Shown here piece after piece: positions 37,359 to 46,766 of a stretch of DNA of 64,000 bases (the first letter of the stretch is position 1; each line of letters begins with the position of its first letter). A program made the position numbers and the translations under genes. Origin of the DNA: an uncultured Pseudobdellovibrionaceae bacterium (GTDB lineage: Bacteria; Bdellovibrionota; Bdellovibrionia; Bdellovibrionales; JAGQZY01); contig CAZOGU010000008.1 of NCBI GenBank assembly GCA_964579625.1, forward strand, positions 848 through 64,847, given 5' to 3'. The notes under the pieces are model-generated. The model did not search any database, had not been told where the DNA came from, and saw only the letters and a program-made list of their open reading frames with translations.

Positions 37359-38303
37359 TTAGTAAAACTCAACCAAATCATTTTCTTTAAAACCGGAACC
37401 GGAGTGAACTTGCGTCACTGCGCCGTCTTCGCCAAAGTAGCTGATCACTTCGACTGTGCCCTTCATGCGCCCACGAATGCTGCCAATCGATCGACTGTTT
37501 TCGGGATCAAAAACTTCCTCTTGATGTTCCACAATGCGCAACAGATCGCCAATCTGTAGGCCCGAAACACGACCGGCATTGAGGTAAACTCTTTCCCCTT
37601 TGATAAGGGCGACGCGGCCTTCCCACGAGAATCTTTTAAGAGTGGCAAATAAGCCAGGAATGGTTTTTTCAAAGGCTGTTTCGACGACAAATCGCACAGC
37701 GGAAGGATCGTCCTTCATATCGCGATCTAAATAAGATCGTTGAGCGATGCGAGTGCTTTTTTCGCTGAGATCGGAGTCCTGTGTCTCAGTGGACATCACC
37801 TGTCCACTGCGCACGGAAATGATCTTGAGTTCTACGACGGCTTTGATGTCTGCTCTGACGCGACGGAAGATCCCCACCGAATCTCCTTTTTTCCCAGTGC
37901 GAAGATCCTTAACTGTGCCCACCAGAATGGCGTGCACTCCAGAGTTTTTAATTTTTTTGATAATCTCGGGCATCTTATAAGAAGCACCGCTTTTATAGTC
38001 CTCAATATTCTGAAGTCCGATGGATTGCCAATCTGTGATAACAGCTCCATCTGCTTTTTCGATGAGTGACAAAAAGTACGAACGCGATTCTTGTGCCACC
38101 TCATCGTTGGGATACGAGCTGATATTTAAAAAGGGAAGGATGACAATGCGTCGGCGCATTTCGCCATCGAGGGTTCGCGCTGAAAACATAGTGTCTGAAT
38201 TTCGTTTGATGGTGGGCTCCGAGCGGTCTTTCACGTGGATCACGGAGCAGCCAGAAACAAAAAGGAGAAGACTAAAAAAAAGAATCATTGATTTAGAGGA
38301 CAC
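37359..38303 (-). CDS. hypothetical lipoprotein
   Basis: Lipobox VSGC. RIVILPFLN and HAILVGTV strands are reminiscent of CsgG/LpoB-type lipoprotein folds, but this is not diagnostic. Confidence 0.45.
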   Translation of the reverse strand: MSSKSMILFFSLLLFVSGCSVIHVKDRSEPTIKRNSDTMFSARTLDGEMRRRIVILPFLNISSYPNDEVAQESRSYFLSLIEKADGAVITDWQSIGLQNIEDYKSGASYKMPEIIKKIKNSGVHAILVGTVKDLRTGKKGDSVGIFRRVRADIKAVVELKIISVRSGQVMSTETQDSDLSEKSTRIAQRSYLDRDMKDDPSAVRFVVETAFEKTIPGLFATLKRFSWEGRVALIKGERVYLNAGRVSGLQIGDLLRIVEHQEEVFDPENSRSIGSIRGRMKGTVEVISYFGEDGAVTQVHSGSGFKENDLVEFY

Positions 38304-39204
38304 TTGTTCTCGCTTTCACATCAAACACGACTTGCTTTGAGTCGGTGCTGATCACTTGGGTTCGGAACGCTTTCCACTCTGTATGACTTAAAGCCTGGGC
38401 CAAAGTCTCACTGTCTACGCCTTCAATCAGCAGAACAACTTGTTCGCGCTCTAAGGAGAGAGTCTGAAATCCTTTGATCGTACTGATCATCTTTTGCAAA
38501 CGCTGCTTAAAGGCCTCGAGCTGCTGATTGGTGAGCGCTCCTGTCAAAACCAGATTGGCACTCTCTGTTTTTTTTATTGATGGCTGATAGGCCTCGATTT
38601 TTTCATTGAGATCAGAAAAAGCCGTTAATATAAACTCCTGCGAATGCTTAACCGTCGAGTTGAGCATTTGATCATACTGATAGCGGGGAATATCTGTGAT
38701 TTTAAGAGACTCCCCTATTTTTTCACCGTTCTTCACGCGCAAGATCTCGAGATGCTGAGTCATGCGAACTCCGGAGGCCAAGATCGGACTGGCCGTCACT
38801 TTGACATCGCCACTCACCACTAAACCAGCTTTTCTAAATTTTGCATATTCGATCTTGAGCGGATCTGTGAGCACACTGACGTGCCAGCGCGAGTCTTTGT
38901 CTTTCACCAACTCGTCCGAGGTAAAATACTGCCAGCGCGAGAGAGGATTGTTATTGAGCGCTGTGTAGAAAAGATCTGACAGTTTGTTCATGTCGCCTAA
39001 GGAATCATTCTCGGCCCACCAGTTGTAAACTTCGCCCTCTTCGAGGGTGCTATAGAATGTGATTAACGGAAGAATGGTGGCGCGATTTTTTGTGTCTGCG
39101 GCTAAGGCAGGAACACCAATGCTGTTGAGGAAGAGAAGCTTAAAGCCGCACTTCAATAAATTTCGTCGATCCGACTTCGTTTTGGATGGATTCAAAAAAA
39201 TCAT
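38293..39204 (-). CDS. hypothetical protein with Tat-type signal peptide
   Basis: SDRRNLLKCGFKLLFLNSIGVPALAA fits the S/T-R-R-x-F-L-K twin-arginine pattern. Its first 65 nt overlap the 3' end of dnaE. Confidence 0.5.
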   Translation of the reverse strand: MIFLNPSKTKSDRRNLLKCGFKLLFLNSIGVPALAADTKNRATILPLITFYSTLEEGEVYNWWAENDSLGDMNKLSDLFYTALNNNPLSRWQYFTSDELVKDKDSRWHVSVLTDPLKIEYAKFRKAGLVVSGDVKVTASPILASGVRMTQHLEILRVKNGEKIGESLKITDIPRYQYDQMLNSTVKHSQEFILTAFSDLNEKIEAYQPSIKKTESANLVLTGALTNQQLEAFKQRLQKMISTIKGFQTLSLEREQVVLLIEGVDSETLAQALSHTEWKAFRTQVISTDSKQVVFDVKARTSVL

Positions 39205-42200
39205 GGCTGAGTGTGACTCCCTTAGGCTCTATGATATCTAATAACACTCGCTTTTCTAAGTCGGGAAGATCAATTTCGAACGAAAGTCGAGTCTCGCCTG
39301 GGAAAGCCTTCAGTTTTTCTTGAAGTTTATCCATTTTTGCCATGAATTCTCCATTGATTTTAAGAATCGCACGTGGGGCACGCTGGAGAATGACATTGAG
39401 AAGCTCCACTTTTTCGAGAATGATTTTTTGCGACTCCCCGTCTTTCTCCAAGACACCCGTCAGAAGTAGAGGCTGATCTTGTTTAAGAAGAAGTTCCGCT
39501 TTGGCATAAATATCTGGAAAGGCAATCACCTCGACCACCGCTCCCAAATCTTCGAGCTGTAAAAAGGCCATTCGTGTGCCTTTTTTTGTGATGATCTCGC
39601 GACGATCCGTCACCAAGCCCACCAGCGACACTTTCTTTTTGTGAGAAAAGTTTTTAAGATCCTGAATCACACCATCGGTCCACGCGCGCGACACCGCTTC
39701 GTAGCCATTGAGGGGATGATCGCTGAGATAAAATCCCAAGACGTCTTTTTCAAATCCCAACTGCGCCATGCGATGCCAAGGAGTGACCTCGGGAAGTTCG
39801 ATCTGTTCGGGCTTGCCTTCATCCATCATTGCAAAGAGGGATTCTTGACCCACTTCGAGATCCCGTCGTTTGGTTTCGACCATGTCCAAGATTTTTTCGT
39901 GCTCCTGAAACATTTGTGTTCGGTGATATCCAAAACCGTCCAATGCTCCGGCTTTGATTAAACACTCCACCACTTTTTTGTTCACGCGACGAAGATCCAC
40001 AGTTTCGAAAAACTCCTGAAGACTTGAGAACTTTTTTTCGGGAAGGGATTCGCGGGCCTCGAGAATGGCCAATACAGCCGCTTCCCCCACGCCCTTAATC
40101 GCCCCAAGGCTGTAGTACATCACATCGCCTTTGACGTTGAATTTGTAATCCGAAAAACTCACATGCGGTGGTTGGATTTCGATGCCACGACGGCGGCAAA
40201 TTTTTATGTACTTTACAATTTTATCGGTGTCCGACATTTCCGTGCTGAGAAGGGCTGCAAAAAATTCGACAGGATAATAGTACTTTAACCACGCTGTTTG
40301 CGCGGCGATCACACAATAGGCCGCCGAGTGGGATTTGTTAAATCCGTAGTTTGCAAACTCGGCCATCAATTCGAAAAGTTCTTCCGACTTTCTTTGATCA
40401 AAACCGTTTTTTATAGCTCCAGAAACAAAACGATCTTTTTGTTGAGCCATTTCTTCGGCAATCTTTTTACCCATCGCTCGGCGAAGCAAATCGGCTTCAC
40501 CCAAAGAATAGGATGCGATTTTTGAAGCAATCAACTGCACTTGCTCTTGATAAATAATAATCCCGTAGGTTTCCTTGAGAATCTCTTCCAGTTGCGGAAA
40601 CAAATAGGTCACCTTGGCTTCACCGTGTTTGCGCTTGGTGTAGTCCGGGATCATATCCATCGGACCTGGGCGATAAAGGGCATTGATCGCCATAATGTCT
40701 TCAAAACAGGTCGGTTTGATTTTTTTCAGTGCATCGGTGATGCCATCGCCTTCAAACTGGAACACCCCTGCAGAATCCCCGCTCGACATGAGTTCGTAGA
40801 TATGGGAATCACTGAGCGGAATTTCCTGCGGCGTAATCTGTTTGTCCCGATTTTTAAGAATCAGGCGAAGCGTGTCTTGAATATGCGTGAGAGTTTTTAA
40901 ACCCAAAAAATCGAATTTGATAAGGCCGATTTTTTCGGCGTGCTTCATATCGTACTGTAGGACGTTTTCGCCCTCGGCGCCCCGATAGAGTGGCGCATGA
41001 TCGACCAGACGGCCATCAGCAATCACCACACCCGCAGCGTGAATTCCTGCGTGCCGAACAAGCCCCTCGATTCTCTGTGCGAGATCCATCAACGTGTTGA
41101 TCTGCGGATTGGCTTCCATGGCTTCACCAAGACGCGGCTCAAGCTTAAGCGCCTCTTCGATGGTGAGTCCCAATTTTTCGGGCATGAGCTTCGAAATCAC
41201 GTCGACGTCGGCGTAAGTCATACCGAGCACGCGTCCCACATCGCGAATTGCGGCTCGCGCCTGGAGACGTCCATAGGTGATGATTTGCGAAACGCTTTCG
41301 AAACCGTATTTTTCCGTCACATAGCGAATCACATCGCCGCGGCGCTCTTGGCAAAAATCCACGTCAAAATCCGGCATGCTCACACGCTCGGGATTGAGAA
41401 AACGCTCAAAGATTAAACTGTATCTCACCGGATCGAGATCGGTGATCTTGAGCGTGTAAGCAACAAGAGAGCCGGCTCCCGAGCCCCGCCCAGGGCCTAC
41501 GGGAATGTCGTTTTGCTTGGCCCAGTTGATAAAATCCTGAACGATCAAAAAATATCCCAAAAAGCCCATGCTTTCGATGACGTTGATTTCGAACTTGAGG
41601 CGCTCGAAGTATTGTGGCTTTTTGGATTCCTCAACCGCTTCTCCCCGTTTTTCTGCTTCGAGGAAACGATCTTCAAGACCTTTTAAGGTCAAGCGCTCCA
41701 TCTCTTCTTTCAGGGTTTCTCCCTCAGCAGTTGGAAACGATGGCAAGTGATAGATGGCTTTTCCAGAAGCGTCTTTGAGTTTAAAATCCACTTTGCAACG
41801 GTCCGCAATTTCGAGAGTGGCATCGCAGGCTTCGGGAATGTCTTTAAACAGATCACGCATTTGTTCTGATGATTTTAAATAAAATTCTTCGCTCCCTAAA
41901 CGAAAACGCGATGGATCGTTGAGAGTTTTGTTACTCCCGATGCAGATCAAAACCTCCTGCGGGAGTTGATCCTCTTTATTGAGATAGTGAACATCGTTGG
42001 TCGCCACACAGCGAATGCCGTGATCTTTTCCGGCTTGCAATAAAAACGGATTGAGTTTTTCCCAATCGGGAACACATGTGCGATTGAGTTCTAAATAAAA
42101 ACGATCGCCAAAAATATTTTTTAGCTCTTTGATTTTATCAATGGCCACATCCTCGCCCACTTTTAAAAAAGCTTGAGCCACATCGCCATAAATACCACCG

Positions 42201-42601
42201 CTGAGAGCAATGATGTCTTCGTTGTAGTCTTTTAAAGCTTCGTAATCAATGCGAGGTTTGTAATAAAAACCTTCTTGGTAACCAAGACTGCTTAAGCGAC
42301 AAAGATTTTGGTAGCCTTTATACGTTTGCGCAAGAAGAACCAACCGTGTGGAGTTGGGCTTGCCCTCTCCCTTGGTTTTACGAGAGTGCGGCGCCAAATA
42401 AGCGTCCATTCCAATAAGTGGTTTAACACCGGCGTCTTTACAGGCGAAAAAAAATTCGATCGCGCCAAAGAGGTTTCCGTTATCCGTCATGGCAACGGCA
42501 GGCATTGCAAAACTCTTCGCTCGCTCCGCTATTTTTTTAGGAAGACACGTCGCTTCGAGAAGAGAGTACTGAGAATGCACATGCAGGTGAACAAAAGACA
42601 T
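39140..42601 (-). CDS. dnaE: DNA polymerase III alpha subunit
   Basis: PHP domain start MSFVHLHVHSQYS, polymerase core GPGRGSGAGS, PDFDVDF, OB-fold tail. Start trimmed to the conserved MSFVHLH. Confidence 0.97.
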   Translation of the reverse strand: MSFVHLHVHSQYSLLEATCLPKKIAERAKSFAMPAVAMTDNGNLFGAIEFFFACKDAGVKPLIGMDAYLAPHSRKTKGEGKPNSTRLVLLAQTYKGYQNLCRLSSLGYQEGFYYKPRIDYEALKDYNEDIIALSGGIYGDVAQAFLKVGEDVAIDKIKELKNIFGDRFYLELNRTCVPDWEKLNPFLLQAGKDHGIRCVATNDVHYLNKEDQLPQEVLICIGSNKTLNDPSRFRLGSEEFYLKSSEQMRDLFKDIPEACDATLEIADRCKVDFKLKDASGKAIYHLPSFPTAEGETLKEEMERLTLKGLEDRFLEAEKRGEAVEESKKPQYFERLKFEINVIESMGFLGYFLIVQDFINWAKQNDIPVGPGRGSGAGSLVAYTLKITDLDPVRYSLIFERFLNPERVSMPDFDVDFCQERRGDVIRYVTEKYGFESVSQIITYGRLQARAAIRDVGRVLGMTYADVDVISKLMPEKLGLTIEEALKLEPRLGEAMEANPQINTLMDLAQRIEGLVRHAGIHAAGVVIADGRLVDHAPLYRGAEGENVLQYDMKHAEKIGLIKFDFLGLKTLTHIQDTLRLILKNRDKQITPQEIPLSDSHIYELMSSGDSAGVFQFEGDGITDALKKIKPTCFEDIMAINALYRPGPMDMIPDYTKRKHGEAKVTYLFPQLEEILKETYGIIIYQEQVQLIASKIASYSLGEADLLRRAMGKKIAEEMAQQKDRFVSGAIKNGFDQRKSEELFELMAEFANYGFNKSHSAAYCVIAAQTAWLKYYYPVEFFAALLSTEMSDTDKIVKYIKICRRRGIEIQPPHVSFSDYKFNVKGDVMYYSLGAIKGVGEAAVLAILEARESLPEKKFSSLQEFFETVDLRRVNKKVVECLIKAGALDGFGYHRTQMFQEHEKILDMVETKRRDLEVGQESLFAMMDEGKPEQIELPEVTPWHRMAQLGFEKDVLGFYLSDHPLNGYEAVSRAWTDGVIQDLKNFSHKKKVSLVGLVTDRREIITKKGTRMAFLQLEDLGAVVEVIAFPDIYAKAELLLKQDQPLLLTGVLEKDGESQKIILEKVELLNVILQRAPRAILKINGEFMAKMDKLQEKLKAFPGETRLSFEIDLPDLEKRVLLDIIEPKGVTLSHDFFESIQNEVGSTKFIEVRL

Positions 42602-42602
42602 T

Positions 42603-44129
42603 CTACTCCCACTCAATCGTGCCCGGTGGCTTGCTCGTCACATCGTAGACAACGCGATTCACCTGACGAACTTCGTTGGTGATGCGGTTTGAAACTTTTT
42701 GCAAAAAGGGAGCATCAAAACTAAACCAGTTGGCCGTCATTCCATCATGCGAAGTCACCGCTCGCAGAGCTAAGACCTGACTGTAGGTGCGAGCGTCGCC
42801 TTGCACACCCACCGTGTAGATCGGGAGCAGCACACAGAAGGCTTGCCAAATTTTATCGTACAAACCGGCTTTGCGAAGCTCATCAATGTAAATGGCATCG
42901 CACTCTTTGAGCACGCTCAGAGATTGCGGATTGACCTCGCCGATAATTCGTATCGCAAGACCTGGACCCGGGAATGGATGTCGGCCCAAACTGTCCTCAG
43001 GAATTCCCATCTGTCGACCAATGGCACGCACTTCGTCTTTAAAAAGTTCGCGCACGGGTTCTACAAGTTTTAATTTCATCTTTTCGGGCAACCCCCCCAC
43101 GTTGTGGTGGGATTTGATGGTGACGTTTTCACCTCTTAAAGAAATACTTTCAATCACATCTGGGTACAAAGTTCCTTGTGCTAAAAAATCTGCCGATAGC
43201 TTGAGATTCTTGATACTTTTATCAAAAACTTCAATAAAAACCCGACCAATGGTCTTGCGTTTTTCTTCAGGATCCACTTTACCTTTCAGTTCTTTAAGAA
43301 AGGTTTCTTCCTCGTCCACACCGTGAACATTGAGACCCATTTTTTTATATCTCTGCATCACTTCTTCGAATTCGTTTTTTCGCAGCAAACCGTTGTTTAC
43401 AAACACACAATGAACGCGATCTGCACCCAGTGCTTTTGTACACAACGTCGCAACCACTGTCGAATCCACTCCGCCACTCAATGCGCACAAAACATTTCCT
43501 GTTCCCACTTGCTGTTGGATTTGTGTTTTAAGCTGTTCGACGATATTGCCAGGATTCCACGATGGCGTGGCTTTACACATATCAAAAACAAAATAATGCA
43601 AAAAATCTTCGCCGTGCTCCGTGTGTGTCACCTCGGGGTGAAACTGAAACGCCAAGGCATTAGGGCCCTTCATCGCAGCAGGATGATGATTGTCGGACGT
43701 GGCGATAATTTTAAAACCAGGCGGCGCCTTTTTGACCACATCGCCGTGACTCATCCACACCGAATGAGTTTGCGGGATTTTTTGATTGAGGCTTTCGCTC
43801 CAACTAATGGGTTTGTGTCCGTATTCTTGCACCTTCGCCGTTTCGACGTCGCCGCCCATGCTCTTCGCCATGAGCTGCATTCCGTAACAAATTCCAAGCA
43901 CCGGGGCGATCGCTGGCAGTTGCTCAACATTACGCAAAGGAGCTTTGGAGTCGTTCACCGACTGCGGACCACCACTGAGAATAATCCCCTTGGGATTTTT
44001 ACTTTGAATGGTTTTAAGATCGACATCGTAGGGAAGAATTTCGGAAAACACCTGAAACTCACGCAATCGACGCGCAATCAATTGTGTCACCTGAGAACCA
44101 AAATCTAAAATGATAAATCCGTTTTGCAT
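42603..44129 (-). CDS. guaA: GMP synthase (glutamine-hydrolysing)
   Basis: GATase domain GICYGMQ, P-loop SGGVDSTV, C-terminal ..PPGTIEWE. Confidence 0.97.
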   Translation of the reverse strand: MQNGFIILDFGSQVTQLIARRLREFQVFSEILPYDVDLKTIQSKNPKGIILSGGPQSVNDSKAPLRNVEQLPAIAPVLGICYGMQLMAKSMGGDVETAKVQEYGHKPISWSESLNQKIPQTHSVWMSHGDVVKKAPPGFKIIATSDNHHPAAMKGPNALAFQFHPEVTHTEHGEDFLHYFVFDMCKATPSWNPGNIVEQLKTQIQQQVGTGNVLCALSGGVDSTVVATLCTKALGADRVHCVFVNNGLLRKNEFEEVMQRYKKMGLNVHGVDEEETFLKELKGKVDPEEKRKTIGRVFIEVFDKSIKNLKLSADFLAQGTLYPDVIESISLRGENVTIKSHHNVGGLPEKMKLKLVEPVRELFKDEVRAIGRQMGIPEDSLGRHPFPGPGLAIRIIGEVNPQSLSVLKECDAIYIDELRKAGLYDKIWQAFCVLLPIYTVGVQGDARTYSQVLALRAVTSHDGMTANWFSFDAPFLQKVSNRITNEVRQVNRVVYDVTSKPPGTIEWE

Positions 44130-44177
44130 GCACTATCCCTTGACAAATATTATGTTTCATTCTTTCCGACCGACGGA

Positions 44178-44213
44178 GCCCCATTTTCACTTCGCTCAGG
44201 ATGACGTTGGGGC
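44178..44213. repeat. GTCATCCTGAGCGAAG-type repeat (C3) inside a gcccca/tggggc hairpin, guaB-guaA intergenic
   Basis: The minus strand reads ccccaacgtcatcctgagcgaagtgaaaatgggg. Confidence 0.6.
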
Positions 44214-44216
44214 CTG

Positions 44217-45677
44217 CTATTCCAGTCTGTAGTTCGGCGCTTCTTTGGTGATCGCCACATCGTGCACATGAGATTCGCGATAACCTTGCACGCTGATTTT
44301 TACAAACTGCGCGCGATCTTGCAGAGCGGGAATATCTTTTGCACCCACATAGCCCATGCCCGATCTTAAACCACCAATCAATTGATGAACAATAGCTCCT
44401 GCAGACCCGCGATAAGGCACACGGCCTTCGATTCCTTCTGGAACCAATTTGTCATTTTCGTCGACGTCGGACTGAAAGTAACGATCGCGTGAGCCCATCT
44501 TCATGGCTCCCATACTGCCCATTCCACGATACGACTTATAACTGCGACCTTGATACAAAATCGATTCGCCAGGGCTCTCATCCGCGCCAGCAAGTAAATT
44601 ACCGATCATCACCGTGTTCGCACCAAGCCCGATGGCTTTTGCGATATCACCAGAATATTTAATTCCACCATCGGCAATAATTGTTTTTCCCAATTTTTTT
44701 GCGGCCTGCGCACAAATTTGCACAGCACTCGCTTGTGGCATACCTACACCGGCAACAACTCTCGTTGTGCAAATACTACCAGGCCCCACACCCACTTTAA
44801 CGACATCCACTTTGCGTTTTAATAATTCTTCTGTGGCTTCGGCAGTGACCACGTTTCCGGCAATCAGAATCACATCCGGAAATGTTTGTGCGACCCATTC
44901 GACCATGCCTAAAACATTTTTAGAATGTCCATGAGCTGTATCCACAGCAATCACATCCACACCTTGCGCGACCAAGGCTTCCACGCGTTCACGTGAAGAG
45001 GCATCAATTCCCACGGCCGCTCCGGCAAGGAGTCGTCCTTTGGAATCTTTTGATGCCAGTGGAAAAGCTTTGGCTTTTTCGATATCTTTGATGGTGATCA
45101 ATCCGGAAAGTTCACCCTTGTCGTTGACCACTAAAAGTTTTTCGATGCGATGTTTTTGCAAAAGACCTTTGGCCTCATTCAATGTCACACCTTGTTTGGC
45201 CGTCACTAAGTTTTCTTTGGTCATCAGATTAGAAATGGGTTGTTCGACATTGGTTTCAAAACGCAAATCGCGGTTGGTTAAAATGCCGACAAGTTTTTTA
45301 TTCTGCGTAATAGGAACTCCACTGATGGAATACTTCTTCATCAGCTCAAGCGCTTCCTTCACAAGAACATCCGGCCCTAGCGTGATGGGTTCGGTGATCA
45401 TACCGCTTTCGTATTTTTTCACTTTTTCGACTTCAAAAGCTTGCTCGGAGATTGTCATGTTTTTATGAATAATTCCCAGTCCTCCCATTTGCGCAAGAAC
45501 GCGTGCCATTTTATTTTCAGTCACAGTGTCCATCGCCGCTGAGATCACGGGTACATTGAGGTAAACGTTTTTACCAAAAAAGGTTTTTGTCGAAACCTCG
45601 CTCGGAACCACTTCGGAAAACTGGGGGATCAACAAAAGATCGTCGTAGGTTAAGGCCATGTCCTCTATCATCTTCAT
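44217..45677 (-). CDS. guaB: IMP dehydrogenase
   Basis: LTYDDLLLIP, tandem CBS region, GPGSICTTR (catalytic Cys), GGIKYSGD, GSMGAM. Confidence 0.97.
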   Translation of the reverse strand: MKMIEDMALTYDDLLLIPQFSEVVPSEVSTKTFFGKNVYLNVPVISAAMDTVTENKMARVLAQMGGLGIIHKNMTISEQAFEVEKVKKYESGMITEPITLGPDVLVKEALELMKKYSISGVPITQNKKLVGILTNRDLRFETNVEQPISNLMTKENLVTAKQGVTLNEAKGLLQKHRIEKLLVVNDKGELSGLITIKDIEKAKAFPLASKDSKGRLLAGAAVGIDASSRERVEALVAQGVDVIAVDTAHGHSKNVLGMVEWVAQTFPDVILIAGNVVTAEATEELLKRKVDVVKVGVGPGSICTTRVVAGVGMPQASAVQICAQAAKKLGKTIIADGGIKYSGDIAKAIGLGANTVMIGNLLAGADESPGESILYQGRSYKSYRGMGSMGAMKMGSRDRYFQSDVDENDKLVPEGIEGRVPYRGSAGAIVHQLIGGLRSGMGYVGAKDIPALQDRAQFVKISVQGYRESHVHDVAITKEAPNYRLE

Positions 45678-46222
45678 ACTTTGATCTCCTTTGCTATGAT
45701 CTCACCTTGAGGATTTTTGTACCACGAGCTGTACAATTTATAATTTTCTGCAGATTGTTTTAAAAATGCGAGCTCTTTGTCGTTGAGTAAGCGAATCGCT
45801 TTTGCAGGACGACCTAAATAAAGCCAGCCTTCTTGAGTCACTGTATTTTCGGTGAGAAGAGCTCCAGCACCGATCATGGATCGCGGCGCCACCTTGCACA
45901 TGTCCATCACAATGGCACCCATGCCGATAAAACTTTCGTCACCGAGTTCGCAGCCATGAAGAATGGCCGTGTGCCCCACGGTCACGCGATCACCAACAGT
46001 GGTGCCGCATTTTTGAAATGTACCATGAATGACAGTGCCGTCTTGAATGTTTGAATCTTTGCCAATTTTGATAGGCATCACATCACCACGAAGAACCGTG
46101 TTGTACCAAATCGAACTTCCCGAACCGATCTCTACATCACCAATGAGTTGTGCTGTGCTCGCGAGAAAACTTTGTGGTGAAATTTGAAGTTTTTTGCCTT
46201 CGAGAGTGATAAGGTGTGCCAT
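45674..46222 (-). CDS. gamma-carbonic anhydrase / hexapeptide-repeat family protein (PaaY/YrdA-like)
   Basis: Left-handed beta-helix hexapeptide repeats and the His pattern VIHG..GHTAILHGC. Confidence 0.8.
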   Translation of the reverse strand: MAHLITLEGKKLQISPQSFLASTAQLIGDVEIGSGSSIWYNTVLRGDVMPIKIGKDSNIQDGTVIHGTFQKCGTTVGDRVTVGHTAILHGCELGDESFIGMGAIVMDMCKVAPRSMIGAGALLTENTVTQEGWLYLGRPAKAIRLLNDKELAFLKQSAENYKLYSSWYKNPQGEIIAKEIKV

Positions 46223-46223
46223 G

Positions 46224-46766
46224 TCACATTAAATACCTTTGACGGCCTTCTGTCCACTTCTGATTTACTAAAAAAATTTCATTATTTTGATCGGCAACCT
46301 GACATTCTTGGATGTAGCTTTTCGTCGCAAAAAAAGGCAATTCCGCCTCTAAAGAGAGGCCTAAAACCTTATCCAGCGTTTGATCAAAAAAGAGCTCACG
46401 CCCTTCTTTTTTGTAATAGAGCTTTACGTGATGCTTTCCCAATGAATGTTTAATAAATACGCACCGTTGCAATTGAATGTCCCACTGTTTAAAGAACTCC
46501 TGATTGACGGTGGTCAAAGATTTTTTCCACAGCGATTTAAGATTGGGCACCCCTAAGAGGTCCGCACTTTGAATGGGAAATCGAAGTGGTAAAAAAAACT
46601 TTTCGCTATCGTCCTCGAGGATAAAAACAAAGTGGTCGCCCTCAAAAACAATCCCTTTGGGCGAAAGCTCAAGCCACTCAAAATCACAATAACCCATATC
46701 TGTTTGTTCGCTCGGAAGAGCTGTCGTTTTGTTTTTGATCTTACGTTGTCGAGTGATTTTAGCCAT
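46224..46766 (-). CDS. hypothetical protein, possibly bifunctional-nuclease (BFN/DUF151)-like
   Basis: Weak collinearity with BFN domains (FVFILEDDSEKFFLPLRFPIQSADLL ... VFIKHSLGKHHVKLYY ... LGLSLEAELPFFA). Sits immediately downstream of miaB. Confidence 0.35.
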   Translation of the reverse strand: MAKITRQRKIKNKTTALPSEQTDMGYCDFEWLELSPKGIVFEGDHFVFILEDDSEKFFLPLRFPIQSADLLGVPNLKSLWKKSLTTVNQEFFKQWDIQLQRCVFIKHSLGKHHVKLYYKKEGRELFFDQTLDKVLGLSLEAELPFFATKSYIQECQVADQNNEIFLVNQKWTEGRQRYLM

